In this document: positions 24,494 to 37,384 of the stretch, one piece after another | How positions within the stretch are numbered: the stretch's first letter is position 1 | How the letters are laid out: every line of letters begins with the position of its first letter | DNA from: Octopus vulgaris | Taxonomy: Eukaryota | Assembly: GCA_951406725.2 (NCBI GenBank) | Contig: OX597819.1 | Span: 131,564,001-131,628,000 of the forward strand | Reading direction: 5' to 3' | DNA length: 64,000 nt | Translations under genes and position numbers: made by a program | The notes under the pieces: model-generated | The model's input: the letters and a program-made list of their open reading frames with translations, nothing else | Database searches by the model: none | Told to the model about the DNA's origin: nothing

Positions 24494-26845
24494 ATTGAAT
24501 AGAAAAAGAGGACAAAAGGGAAAGAAATAGCTTTATTTATTTATAGACTTCTTTGGCAGATTAAAAATAATTATTTAAAGAAGAAACTGTAAATTATATA
24601 AACGTTATTTTTGATCGAGATGACGCCGACATAATTGATAATAATTTATTATAGTCTTGCATATTTTTTTTCCTTTCTTGTAAATGTTCAGATTTTACAT
24701 TGTATTGTTTAAAAAAGATGTTTTGTTAAAAATATTTCGATGAATTCTACAATTTATTTCTTTATACGTTTAAAATACAACTGATATTTAACTGTGAAAG
24801 TCACCTCGGAATGTTTGATTAATTACAATAATCGGGAGAAAACGAAGACATTAGTTTGTCAAAGACGTGGGAGACATAAGTGAATACGTTTTAAACATTT
24901 ATACTTTGTTACATCAACGTATTTTATTTCTTTCCACAACTAGAATATATTGTTTTGTGAATGGAAGAAAGTTTTTAGTTTCTGTTCAGCGAGGCTTTTT
25001 CTTTGGAATTATTATAATAATTATATCACTCAGCAAAGAAACAGTTTAAAATGTCGACCACATCAACGCACAGCGTAGAATTTCAGTTGTATTTTACTGA
25101 ACTATCAAATAGAAAACGTCTGCATTCAGATAACTTGACATATTGTTTAGATTCAGATCATTAAATAAACATCGCTAATTCGGCATAAATTCTGTAGGAG
25201 CTCGACTTGTTAAATGGTGACACATTTTTGCTTGGGAAGATAAAAGTTATTAAAAAAAATTCTTTATATAACGGCGGAGGATTGTAAATAAAAATTAAAA
25301 TAGATTCGAGAGAGGATTTAAAACAATTTCTATAAAATAGGGACAGAAATACTTCGAATTTATTTATTACATACCATTTGTAGGTTTTCGATTTAGTAAT
25401 GTAATTAACAAAAAATTTAGTAATTATATAATAATAATATACACACACACACGCATGCATGCAAGACTATATCTCCACATGCACACATGGAAATTCATAC
25501 ACGCACCTAAATATATTTATACGCACACACTGCGAAAGCAAAGAGCTTCGTTGCTAAACAATTTAGTGGAAACGAAGCAAAATAATGCGTTGTCGAAGAT
25601 TGCATCTTAATAAAGTTCTCTTTAGCCATCTCGTCTTTTGCATATATATAAAAATTTAAATACCCTTGTATAAAATTACTCGCAAATAATTTTGCAGGCA
25701 AATATAAATGATTTGTATACAGACATAGATATTTGCATACTGAGTGAAAAGTATTTATTTTATTTTATTTTATTTTATCCAGTTTCAGCTAACGAGCTGT
25801 GGCCATGCTGGGGCACCGGGTAATTTATTTATATATAAAAAGAAAATACTTAAAACCGCTTTGATTTGTATTTTGAATGTTTAATAAGAGTAATGGAAGA
25901 AAAAAAAAAGCTAGATTAGTTTAATCCCAGTTATTGTTAAAATTACCTGAAAATGAAATCCAGGCATAAAATAGAATTTAACTTTAAAATGAAGTGGAAA
26001 CCAGATAAGAGTAAGTATTGGCGCATATCATATATATATTCACACCATATAAATGTAATTAACACTATGTATGTCTATATACATTTATGTATTTAATAAA
26101 GACCTATTAATTCGTTTTTACAAGTTGAGTCTTGTAATTGCAGACACCGCCATAGAAGACAGCGATTCGGGATTCGGGTCATCGGTAAAGAAGTAAATGG
26201 CCGAGACTTGGGATAAATTCCTTTTTAAAATATTTCCTAAATAAATTCAAGAAAATCTATCTGTATTAAATAATTAAGCTGTAAAAAAATATAAGTGAAA
26301 CAAAGTTTCTTTAATTTCTCTGCAATAAATATTGACTGCTTGACAGTAGCAGCCGAGATAAAGTTGCCGCGCCTCGGCCATTGTGGTTAACTTTAAGAAG
26401 CGTGGATTTTTCTAAAAGAAAACCCATGAAATATTGACTGGTATGACATGTTTGTGGGATTTTTATTTGCAATATTTCTAAATGTATTAAAGTTATTATC
26501 TTCGGTTTCAGTTGCTTTCATAATTATTCGAAATCTCCACGTTAACTTTCTTCTAAAACTGTTGAGAGACATTTTCTGCCGCCACATCATCATCATCATC
26601 ATTAATCAATCAATTAATTAATTAACTCTAACCGTCTTCGCTTAAATACTTCAGAATTATTTATTCGATCAGCTAAATTCTATTTTATGAAATACCCTCC
26701 CCCAGAAACGTAATTAGCAATAAACTACAATTAAAATTGTATAAATTGGAAGACAGATTACATTTATAACTCTGCAATATAAATGGTTATATTTTATTAA
26801 TGTATTCTATTGAATGTGTGTGTGTATAATGTGTATATATATATA

Positions 26846-27407
26846 TTGGGTCATCCCATAAATAATGCGGTTTTTGAAGTAAAAGTCGGAGGGGGACGGC
26901 ATAAACTACCTGCATCAATTTGCTATAAAAGCAGGCAGTCATTTTACCTTCTACTTATTCTTAGTGCAAGATTTCAAGAGTGCAGTTCGATTTTAACGGT
27001 TATTTTTTCTTCAAAGGTATAATGGAAGTGACAAAGAAGCATATTCGTCATATTTTGCTTTATGAGTTCAATAACGGCCACAACGCGACGGAAACTGCGA
27101 GGAATATCAATGCAATCTATGGGGATCGGACATTGAGCGTGAGCCAGTGCCAACGGTGGTTCCAGAGATTCCGGACCGGAAACTACAGCCTGGAAGACGA
27201 TATTCGTCCTGGCAGGTCCGTAAAGCTCGACGACGAAGCCCTGCAAGCCCTGGTGGAAGAAAACCCTCACCTATCTGTTCAGAAACTGGCAGAGAAGCTC
27301 GGATTTGGTCATTCAACCATTCATCGACACCTGCGTGCTATCGGGAAAGTCAACAAATTGGGTCAATGGGTCTAAAAAGAAACCGCATTATTTATGGGAT
27401 GACCCAA
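26846..27407 (+). mobile_element. Young internally deleted mariner (562 bp)
   Basis: Perfect 28-bp TIRs TTGGGTCATCCCATAAATAATGCGGTTT with TA on both sides; same family as 3436-5187. Confidence 0.97.
27022..27375 (+). CDS. Mariner transposase N-terminal bipartite HTH DNA-binding domain only (117 aa)
   Basis: MEVTKKHIRHILLYEF..QRWFQRFRTGNYSLED..RPGR..LAEKLG..TIHRHLRAIGKVNKLGQWV*; open frame ending at the WVPHEL linker. Confidence 0.8.
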   Translation: MEVTKKHIRHILLYEFNNGHNATETARNINAIYGDRTLSVSQCQRWFQRFRTGNYSLEDDIRPGRSVKLDDEALQALVEENPHLSVQKLAEKLGFGHSTIHRHLRAIGKVNKLGQWV

Positions 27408-27470
27408 TACAATATATTATATATGGTTATATTTGATTATTGAATACTATATTGTGCACACACACACACA

Positions 27471-27526
<56 letters not shown>

Positions 27527-28264
27527 CACACACAATCTATTGTATGGCAGTGTTTCGGCATTAGTTACATGACGTCAGTGATGAGTGTGTGTGAGTTTAT
27601 TCAGGTGAAAGACTGTCTTGGAAATATAAAGAAAAAGAACTTTGTTATAAATCATTTAGACTTCATATTTAGTACCATTTAATGAGTCTGAAATAATATT
27701 TTTACTAAAAAAAATATTAAAAAATCTTGTATTTACTGAAGCAGCTTTTGTTGCAATTGAGAAATATTGTTTTATGAATTTCTCTCTCCATAACATTTAA
27801 CTGAAATCCGTTTAAAAATCATTCAGTTGCTGCCAGGACCTTTCCCAATGTAATATCATTCCTTTGTGACACTGATAATAAAAGACTTGAAAGAGATTGC
27901 TTATTCCGATAGTTACTTTATTACCATTTACCAATCCAACATATTAAAAATCCTAACAATTTCCACAACTGACAACATTAAACATGGCTGCCCTCATGAC
28001 GATGATGATGATGATGATGATATTTACGTTTTGTTTTTAATTACAACTCACGATTTTAGTCTTTAATTAATGTTGGATATCAACTCCCAGAGCCAACAAT
28101 TCCATAACTTGGCCTTTTTTTTATTTTAAATTTGTCTCCATTAAAACGTTTTTACTAGTTTGGTTGGAAAGCATTTGTAATTTGTGTGTCTGTGTGTGTG
28201 TTACGTTGACCGAATTATATGAAATGCTCCTGCTCTAAGGTGCTCGCTTTTATTATCATTAAAA

Positions 28265-28297
<33 letters not shown>

Positions 28298-28418
28298 ATT
28301 ATAAACCCCTCCCCGTGTTCTGCAACGTTTATTGTATTCTACATACTTCTTCCTGCCCCTGTGGCTAATAAATAAAATATTAAATTAAACTAGTTTATGT
28401 TGTTGAATGTCATTTAGT

Positions 28419-28574
28419 AATATATATATATATATATGTATGTATATATGTATGTATATATATATGTATGTATATGTATGTGTATATATATATGTATGTA
28501 TGTGTATATATATATGTATGTATGTATATGTATATATATGTATGTGTATATATATATATGTATGTATAATTATG

Positions 28575-28608
<34 letters not shown>

Positions 28609-28658
28609 TATGTATGTATATATATATATGTATGTATATATATATATGTATGTATATA

Positions 28659-28689
<31 letters not shown>

Positions 28690-29152
28690 ATATATGTATG
28701 TATATATATATATGTATGTATATGTATGTATGTATATGTATATATGTATGTATATATATATGTATGTATATATATATGTATGTATATATATATGTATGTA
28801 TATATATATGTATGTATGTATGTATGTGTATGTATGTATGTATGTATGTGTATGTATGTATGTGTATGTATGTATATGTATGTATGTATGTATGTATATG
28901 TATGTATATATATAAATGTATGTATATGTATGTATGCATGTGTATGTATGTATATGTATGTATGTATGTATATATATGTATATATGTGTATATATGTATG
29001 TGTATATAGGTAAACAGTAAAAATAATTACAGACATGGACAAGAACATGAAACACCACAGAGACGACACAAGAACCCCAGGACGGGACATTCGAAGCCCT
29101 CAGTCATCTGTATATATGTGTATATATGTATATATATGTATGTGTATATATG

Positions 29153-29185
<33 letters not shown>

Positions 29186-29304
29186 GTATATATATGTATG
29201 TATGTATATGTATATATATGTATGTATGTATATGTATATATATATATGTATGTATGTGTATGTATGTATATGTATGTATGTATATGTATGTATATGTATG
29301 TATG

Positions 29305-29345
<41 letters not shown>

Positions 29346-29616
29346 GTATATGTATGTATATATATGTATGTATGTATATATATGTATGTATGTATATATA
29401 TGTATGTATGTATATATATGTATGTATGTATGTATATGTATGTATATATGTATGTATGTATATGTGTATGTATGTATATGTATGTATGTATATGTGTATG
29501 TATGTATATGTATGTATGTATATGTATGTATTTATATGTATATATATATGTATGTATGTATATATATGTATGTATATGTATATATATGTGTATGTGTATA
29601 TATATGTATGTATATA
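28419..29616. repeat. About 1.1 kb (AT)/(ATGT) compound microsatellite with a ~100-bp unique insert (29008-29110)
   Basis: Directly visible; the insert resembles 12105-12185 in reverse (GACTGA..GGCTTYGAATG.CCYGTCC). Confidence 0.93.
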
Positions 29617-30179
29617 ATGGTCCTCGTGGCTCATTATGAGTTAAGAAATACGTATTTATATTAGACGTTATCGAAGTTATGCTGTTATATTGCAATATCG
29701 ATCTTGCCATATTTTCTAATATTAACGATGGTAATCTACAACTTCCTCTTATGTCAGACTTTTGTTTTTCTGCAAAAGTAAAATCGGGTTTCTTTTTTCG
29801 TTTACTAAAACTCGTTTGGTTTTGGTAATCGTTATAAGAATTTTATTTCTCAGAACCTCGATGCCACCTCATTTGCTTCAGAATCGCGCATTTATTTCAC
29901 CATTCAGAGCAAATGTAGTTTATTCTTTAATAAATACGCAATAAATGTTATTAGTCGGGACACACACGTATATAATAATATATAGTTATTAAAATGTATT
30001 TATTCAGATAACTATGTTCCCCTTGGATTTAACGAGAGATGGTAAATTTATAGAAGAAATGTTAGAAATAGAAACGAAATCACTTGGTAGCATGTCTGAA
30101 TAAATAACGCGAACAAGGCTTAGGTTGGTCTGGAGCTATTGAGGAAGACACTTGCTGAAGTATGTGTGTGTGTGTGTCA

Positions 30180-30595
30180 GTGTTCAGTTTTATTTCTTGC
30201 CAATAGAGAAAGAGCCATTTTCTAACCTAAATCCAAGGTTCCTTCATTGGAATTTCAACATCAACAACAGAGTGCTTTTGTTTGTTTGTATAGGCGCAAA
30301 TTTGTATGTTTTGTTCTATGTATGTATTCCGATGCATATAGTTGCATATCTAGATATGCTCATATATACTTAAATGATAAACTTCTGGAAAGTTTTACAA
30401 ATTTTGACAGTTCCAGTGATGGGTTGGATCTTTAGTCTTCGAATCAGCTTTCTCCTTTCTGGTTTTGAGAAGCCTAATTTCTCAAGATTGGTATTTAGGT
30501 ACTGTGTTAGATAACCCAATGCCCCAGTAATTACAGGTATAAACATGAACTTGTAATCTGGATAGAATAACTGCAGATTTCACAATAGGTGTTCT
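30180..30595 (-). mobile_element. 3' end of an RLE-type (R4/Dong-like) non-LTR retrotransposon
   Basis: Hand translation NLQLFYPDYKFMFIPVITGALGYLTQYLNTNLEKLGF...GTVKICKTFQKFII* (stop 30372-30370) carries the PVxxGALG motif typical of RLE C-termini. Confidence 0.75.
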
Positions 30596-31206
30596 CTATG
30601 TATGTGTGTGTATGTCATTATTATCATTATTTAACATCTGTGGTGGTGGTGGTGACAAAGGCATGCACAATATATATTGTGGGTTTTCGCAGTTTCCGTT
30701 TACCAAATTCACTTATTAAGGCCTGGGGTCTAAAGTAGAAGGTGCCATGCAGTGGGAATGAACTAGAAACTACGTTTGCTGGCGTGGGTGGGATATGTTG
30801 TGCCCAAGAACTGCTTCATGCTTCAGTGTTTGTTCGATATGGTTTTTATGGCTGGATGTCCTTAATGTCAGCCACTTTACAGACTCTGCTGAGTGTTTTA
30901 TGCCACCAGCAATAGTGAGATTATCATATGCAGCTTGTAAGACTATGAGCTTTGAGTGGGGAAGGGCAACTTCATGCTGGGAGCATAAGGAGTATAGAGA
31001 GGTCGGGTATGCGAGAAAGGGTCAGAACAGAACAGGTTGCTTGCTGTAGAGGGAGCAACATGACTACTTGCCTTTTTTTTTTTTGGAATGGGGATTTTTG
31101 TGTGGCTCTGACACGAGTAAGGTCATGTGATAGAAATGTCCCCTTGACTAAGCAGGGTAGTTGTAGAGAGGGCGGTGGCTTTATGCCAGGCGTCGAGATG
31201 CTAGAG

Positions 31207-31664
31207 TAGTGGTTCCCAACCTGTGGTTAGTACTGGGGGTCTGTGAGCAGGTTAAGCTGACATCATCATCCAGTGTTTTAAATCCAGGTTTTTTTCCCTG
31301 TTAACTGGATCTACCTCAATGCCATAGCAACCAAAGTAGACAGGTGCAGCCCACGCTAACCTTTGGACTGGCTGGTGTCCATTCTCCTTTGCTATTATGA
31401 AGCTTTTTTGAAGCTGGGTTTTCTATGGAGAGCATGCCCTTGCTTACCCCCAACTCCAATTTCTAGACATGAGTGGTCCCGAGACAAGGCCTCTACCACA
31501 ATTTTTAAGAAATGTGGCAGAAAACTAGCTCAAGAAGGCAGGGACGCTACTTCCTGACACCCGTTTTGGAGCCCCCACCCCCGACCTTTCAATATCCTGG
31601 GGTCTGTGGGAAAGCTCATTTAAATAAAAAGGGTCCTTGGTAGTGAAAAGTTTGGGAACCACTG
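31207..31664. mobile_element. hAT-type MITE with 8-bp TSD
   Basis: TAGTGGTTCCCAA.../...TTGGGAACCACTG; TSD TGCTAGAG/TGGTAGAG. Confidence 0.85.
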
Positions 31665-32157
31665 TGGTAGAGTATGTCTTGCTGTAGATGAGGTTCATGA
31701 CTACCTTGCATTAAATAAGGGTTGGTAGGATTAGCTGGAAAGAGAGACAAAGATGGTGGTAGCATCATGCCATCAAGATACAAGGGAGCAAATAGAAGAT
31801 AGGGAGAGAATATGAGGAAGGGTTAGCAAGGGAGTGAGAGGAAAGTGATAGATGGTTAGAGATGGAGGTAGAGGTGACTAGTGAATGGTGGACTTGGGTA
31901 GGGACATGGTCAGTGATAAAATATGTATTTGGAGTTGAAGTAGGAGTGGCTTGGAAGGAGGTGAAGGTGCAACAGAAAGGGTGAAAAGCAGAGAATTGGG
32001 GAGGTGGCAAAGGAGAAAGAGAGAGAGAGACAGCCCTACAGTGGCAGAGATGGAAGCCAGAGGTATGTGGGAGTAGATAACAAAGGTGAGATGGGTGAGG
32101 GTGGTCAGTGACAGATATGAGAGGACCATTGAGGTATGGCAGTCATAAGATGTCGCT

Positions 32158-32316
32158 CAGTGGTTCCCAACCTTTTCACTACTGAGGACCCCTTTTTATT
32201 TAAATGAGTTTTCCATGGACCTCTTTTAATATGCTTGTGTGTGTGTGTATGAAATTTTGAATTTAGTTCATGGACCCCCAGTACTACCTTTGTGGATCAC
32301 AGGGTGGGAACCTCTG
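32158..32316. mobile_element. hAT-type MITE, same family, opposite orientation
   Basis: CAGTGGTTCCCAACC...GGGAACCTCTG; TSD ATGTCGCT/ATGTAGCT. Confidence 0.85.
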
Positions 32317-34159
32317 ATGTAGCTCAAGGAAAAGGTAAAAGATAGCTGGTGGCAGAGAAAGTGTGATTGGAGGAAAATAATGTCGGGAAGGAAAACTAAA
32401 GCAGACACTGGAACACAATGCAGTTCTTGAACCCATTGGATCCTGTCAAACCATCCAACCCATACACACATGAAACACAGATGTTAAATGAGAACGATGA
32501 CATTGAGGCCTGCTAAAAGCAGTGCTTTCTCTCTTGAATTATTGGACTAAAGTGGCACCTCAAGAAAACTGATATGCTGCACCTCTGTGTGCACTTTTGA
32601 AGGGTTTTTTTTTTTCTTTTCTTGCCAGGCTTATTTCTAGAAATTTGTTTTATATATAAATTTTGCTACTTGAAAAGCTCAGGCAAGGCTGTAGGGTTAA
32701 GAAATTTACTTCAGAATCACATGGTTAGGGATTTGGCCCTCTACAAAACTTATGGGTTGAGATGGAGACTGAAGGAAGCCTGTTGCACACAAGTATGTGT
32801 GTGTGTATATATATATATATCAAAAGAGTTAAGTTTGTCCTTTGTTTGTTTTTTTTCCGCAGACCACTGGGGTACTTGTAATTAGTGCTTTCTTAGTTCT
32901 CTTGTTCAGTTGTTCCAGCTCATTCCACTGTTTGCCTATGAAATTCAACAGTATTTATTGTTGGTGAATCTGATTGTTTAGTTGATAATTAACTATCTAC
33001 TAATTATCTATGTCAAGAGCTCTCTGATGACCGCAGGAAGGGACATTCTTTAGCTTGCGGTTCTCTCTCAATTGATATGGAACAGTTCCACTGAAGCTAA
33101 ATTGCAGCAAGTATTGAAACAACTGGTTGAATTTATTGATAACCTGCAATAAATGAATGCCTCTGTGAGAACTTTGGTCTACTGATGACTTAGCACTGAT
33201 AATTATTTGCCAGACAGGCAGAAAATTTTCCAAACATAGAATCTAAAATTATAAAATTCAATTCACTTGTCAGTGAAGAAAAGCACAGAATCTTAGTAAC
33301 GTCTGGGAAATGGCTTTGCTTAATATACAAGAAGCAAAGGGGACAGGAACTTCATATTGGGCCCCCAGTGAAAGCAACAAATGTAAAATAGCTAAAAAGG
33401 ATCTATTGGCAAACTGAATCATAACAAGAATTTCGGAATAAGTGAATAGCACAATTGAAGTTCTTAATACTGCTCAGACATTTCATAAATATAGTTGATA
33501 GTTTCTGGTAATTAACTGATCTAATTAGTGCTGGAATTGGATGTTAAAAGAACACAGTAGTTCGAGTAAAGGTTAGGGATTGCCTCCGTTTGCAGCAACA
33601 AACAGTTTCTGTATTTGTGTGAGAAGGAGACTGTAGACAATGAAGGCCCTGCAAATGCTGCAGTGTTGCACAGGGGTGAGATGCATGCATGGAATGTAGG
33701 GATGAGGGACTAACAAGTAAGGAGGATCTGTTTGGGGAAAGGAGGATTTCAAGGGAGCTGTGTAGCTTTAGAAATATCAGCCATAGTGTATACAAGATAG
33801 ATTACTATACTGGTAGGAGAACTGGTGGTGGGTGGGTGGAAAAAAAAAAATGACTGTCTAAATACTTCTTTCTACTATTGGCACAAGGCCTGAGATTCTT
33901 GGGAGAGGGACTAGTCAGTTACATAGGCCCCAGTGCTCACCTGGTACTTATTTTATCAACTCCTAAAGGATAAAAGGCAAAGACAAGCCTTGGCAGCATT
34001 GAACTCGTAAAATAAGAATTGGAAGAAATGCCACTTAGCATTTATTGTGTCTGCTAGTGCTCATGGTTCTACCAGATTACTGCCTTAACTGTCTGTAAAA
34101 TAATAGAGATAACAGTAAAAATGGGCAGATCAGATCTTAGGAGATGTTTAGGCATGAAG

Positions 34160-34325
34160 CTGATTGGAAGTATGTTGGATGGTAGATTGTCTGATATCTG
34201 AAGGATGGTCTAATGTGGCTGATTGTCTAATATATGAAGTATATTGTCTGATATCTGAAGGATGGTCTAATGTGTGCCTGGTCGATTGTCTAAGATATGA
34301 AGTATGCTGTATGCTAGATTGTTTA
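34160..34325. repeat. Short degenerate tandem repeat (about 58-bp period)
   Basis: ATTGTCTGATATCTGAAGGATGGTCTAATGTG occurs twice, with related flanking units. Confidence 0.75.
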
Positions 34326-35189
34326 TTGTATGCCAACATAGAAAAATATAGTAATTTATCTATGATAATGATATTGTAATGGACAATTTTAATTATCACA
34401 TCAGCAAAGTTGATTGTAATTACTTCAATATAGTCATTATGTATTTGAACTTTTAATATTTGATCTCATTAAACACCATGAAATTGTTCGTTACTGACAT
34501 TAATTTTTTATTTTTCTCATGTGCCCAACCAGCCAACCAACCAAACATTCTTTTTCTCATTTTACTCTTCCATGCTTCAATTGATTAAAGAAATAAGCTT
34601 TTTTCTATTTTTATAGTGGTTTTATTTTATGAAAAGAATAGTTCTTTGATTTAAAAAAAAAAGTAATTGTTTAGTGTCCACATTTACTTCAATCTGGAAA
34701 TTGTTGTATTGTGATTTTCTTTTATATAAAAAATAATGTTTGAATTTAGTTTCATGGTCTATGATTAGTTCTAAATATAAGAACTATTTAAGTTTATCTC
34801 TAAATTACTTGTTTTTAAAAATTTTTTTTATATTGGACTTGCTTCAATTAGCAGCAAATCTGTTTATTTTATGGAAGGATCATGACAACTTGTGGCATTC
34901 ATCCATTTTCTAAGGACATTAATGACATAGATGATGTTAAATGACTTCAGAGTAAGACTCAACATTAGGTTCAAAAGTGTTGGCCACTTTCTTTTGATTA
35001 TACAGAAGGAATGGTTTTTCTCTCTTTTCAGCAGAAATTGGTTTGAGAAAATATCAGACTAAAAAGATTCTGTGAGTGTGTCTGTACTTGATATTTGATG
35101 AATCCTGCTTTTTTATACATCATCATTTTTGCATTCAGTTTCTCCATCTAGTGTGGGTTGAACAGATCAATTTTAACACAGCCTCTCTC

Positions 35190-35600
35190 TGCATGTTATG
35201 GTCTTTCATCTTCTCTTTCACGGACATCTGACATCAACCAGTCCACTCTCATGCGAGCTCCTTCTACCAACATTTTTTGCCACTTTTCACCCAAATGTCA
35301 TTTCTTTCATATGTATCACATCTCCATACCAGTTCAGTCTTTCGTGCACATATTACCACAAATACTTCTGATGCCTAGTCTTTTTCTCTCTCAGGACATA
35401 AGTGGTCTAGTGTTAACACACACTGATATAACACGACAGGCAAGCTCACCTTATTTCTTTTGTATCCTCCACATTGGGAGACCATGTTTCAATACTATGC
35501 AAAATTGCTCTTCATACACAAGTGTCATGCCATCTTTCCTTCACTCAGAGATTTTGAAATGCTCTGATGGTAACAGAGGTAATTGTTTCCTGAATTTTCC
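35190..35600 (-). mobile_element. Old RTE-like LINE 3' fragment
   Basis: Minus-strand remnant RLNWYGDVIHMK (LRWYGHV-like). Confidence 0.5.
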
Positions 35601-37384
35601 TCTCCTTCCATTCTCAAACTGGTTACTCTCCTTTGACAACTGCTACCTCTATAACTGATTAGGTCAACTAAGTAATAGACATTAATTGACTTCTTTTAAT
35701 TAATGATTCTTCTGGATTACTAGATATAATATTCCCTTGTTTATTTTCTCAAACTTGCAAATAAAACATCAATAGTAAATACGACTCAGCTAACCACCAC
35801 TATTTGCCGTGGCTTCTTAGGTTTTCCTCTAACAGGGTACCTTCTACTCTTAGAAGGTGGTACTTTTCACCTGAAACTTCTGATGCCTGTTTTGCTTAGC
35901 AATCTTCTCAGTGTACCTTTTGTGTGTAGTATTGAATCTTATTGAAATGTCCTTCATGTAGCTCAAGGTCTCTTCCTACCTTTTCTTCAACAGCTCATAT
36001 AAGGACCTGGTGGTCAATATATATGACTTTCAAAAGACAAACTCCTGTGTTATTGCTTCATTGATTATCATTGAAAGAAAAAGGGCCGTAAACAGCTAAC
36101 TGCACATTGAATTTCTTTGATTTTTAAATAAATCTTAATTTTGAGCTACAAAAAGAGAACTCTACTCTGGTTTCTATCACCAGCATCAACGTTTAAGCCA
36201 CAAGTTGTTTGTGTATTCTTAGAATTCTCATCAGCCACCACATCCTCAACTGCATGCTTACCTCCCACCCTTGGCTTCTGCCCTTTTTCCCAACCGACTA
36301 CATACTATACTTGGCATTCTTACACTTCTGGTACTTCAATTCAGCTCAATGCTCAGAATACCATGAGTTCTGAGCTGACAACTCCTGGTAGACAGTCTTC
36401 TTCACTTTTGACCCATCCAAGACAGCTAAACAGATTGTCAATACCACTTTCTTAGGTATGCTACATTGCCACCCAACACCGAAATAGTTCCTTGCACCTG
36501 TACAACAGTAATAGGTATTGCTTACAGCACCAGGAGCAAGAACCTCTAGAAAAACAAAAGCCACCTTTTGTGCAATCTGCTACTTGCAAGCTTTCTTGCC
36601 TGCTAAACTGCACCTGGCCTCCTGGTCCTTTGCCAGTGCATCTCTCCTAACATTGAAGATTCATTTGTTCTGCTAAGGTAGTTCTACGAGTAACATTCCT
36701 GTAGATAAATTTACTGCCTGTATGCACCAAAACCTCTCCCAAACTCGCTTTCCCCACTTCACCAATTTTTGTACCACCTACACTCACCAAGTGTAAATAT
36801 TTCCTCAATTCCTCTGATCCAACAAACTGTCTCATCCTGACAGTATTCTTCCAAAATTATCCTTGCATCTTCAACATATTCTTCAGATTTTCTTTTCTCT
36901 ATAAATATCTATGCCAACCACTGATCTCCCAGAAGCTCAAACTTAATGTAAACAGTCCTACATAACCACATCCTTTATCACCTTTCCCTGTTTTTCCTTT
37001 CTTACTGACAACCAGTATGGTTTCCAGAAATCTGAATCGAGTGGTGCTTTTATTCTTTAATGTACTGATGGAGTCTTGCTTTCTAGAATGTATGAACATA
37101 AAACTTGATGCCCTTACATCATCAAAGCTTTCCATTACGTTTAGCTTCCTCACAAAGTTGCCTGCCCATAGGCATTGCTTGGTTCAGAAGTTTTCTCTTA
37201 AGCTCTATCACTATATCCATTGGTTCTCTCTATCAACCCTGGTCTACTCAAAAGATTCATTTATATTTCCTATATTTTGTCCTCCCCTATATTAACAACC
37301 AGTTTGTTACTTCTAACCATGCATTGCTGCTGCTGTCTATCTATATAGGTGAATCTAATACCAAACAATATAAAATCTTAGGGA

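Noticed and set aside
25989-26016. AAAATG AAG TGG AAA CCA GAT AAG A|GTAAGT as a first coding exon
   Set aside because: Lies in what looks like a highly decayed reverse SINE B; likely coincidental
27540-27590. Minus-strand CTGACG...CGAAAC as a possible hammerhead
   Set aside because: No stem I and no NUH site
28385-29710. Many 100-230 aa ORFs (also 5441-5867 and similar)
   Set aside because: Translations of (AT)/(ATGT) microsatellites, which lack stop codons
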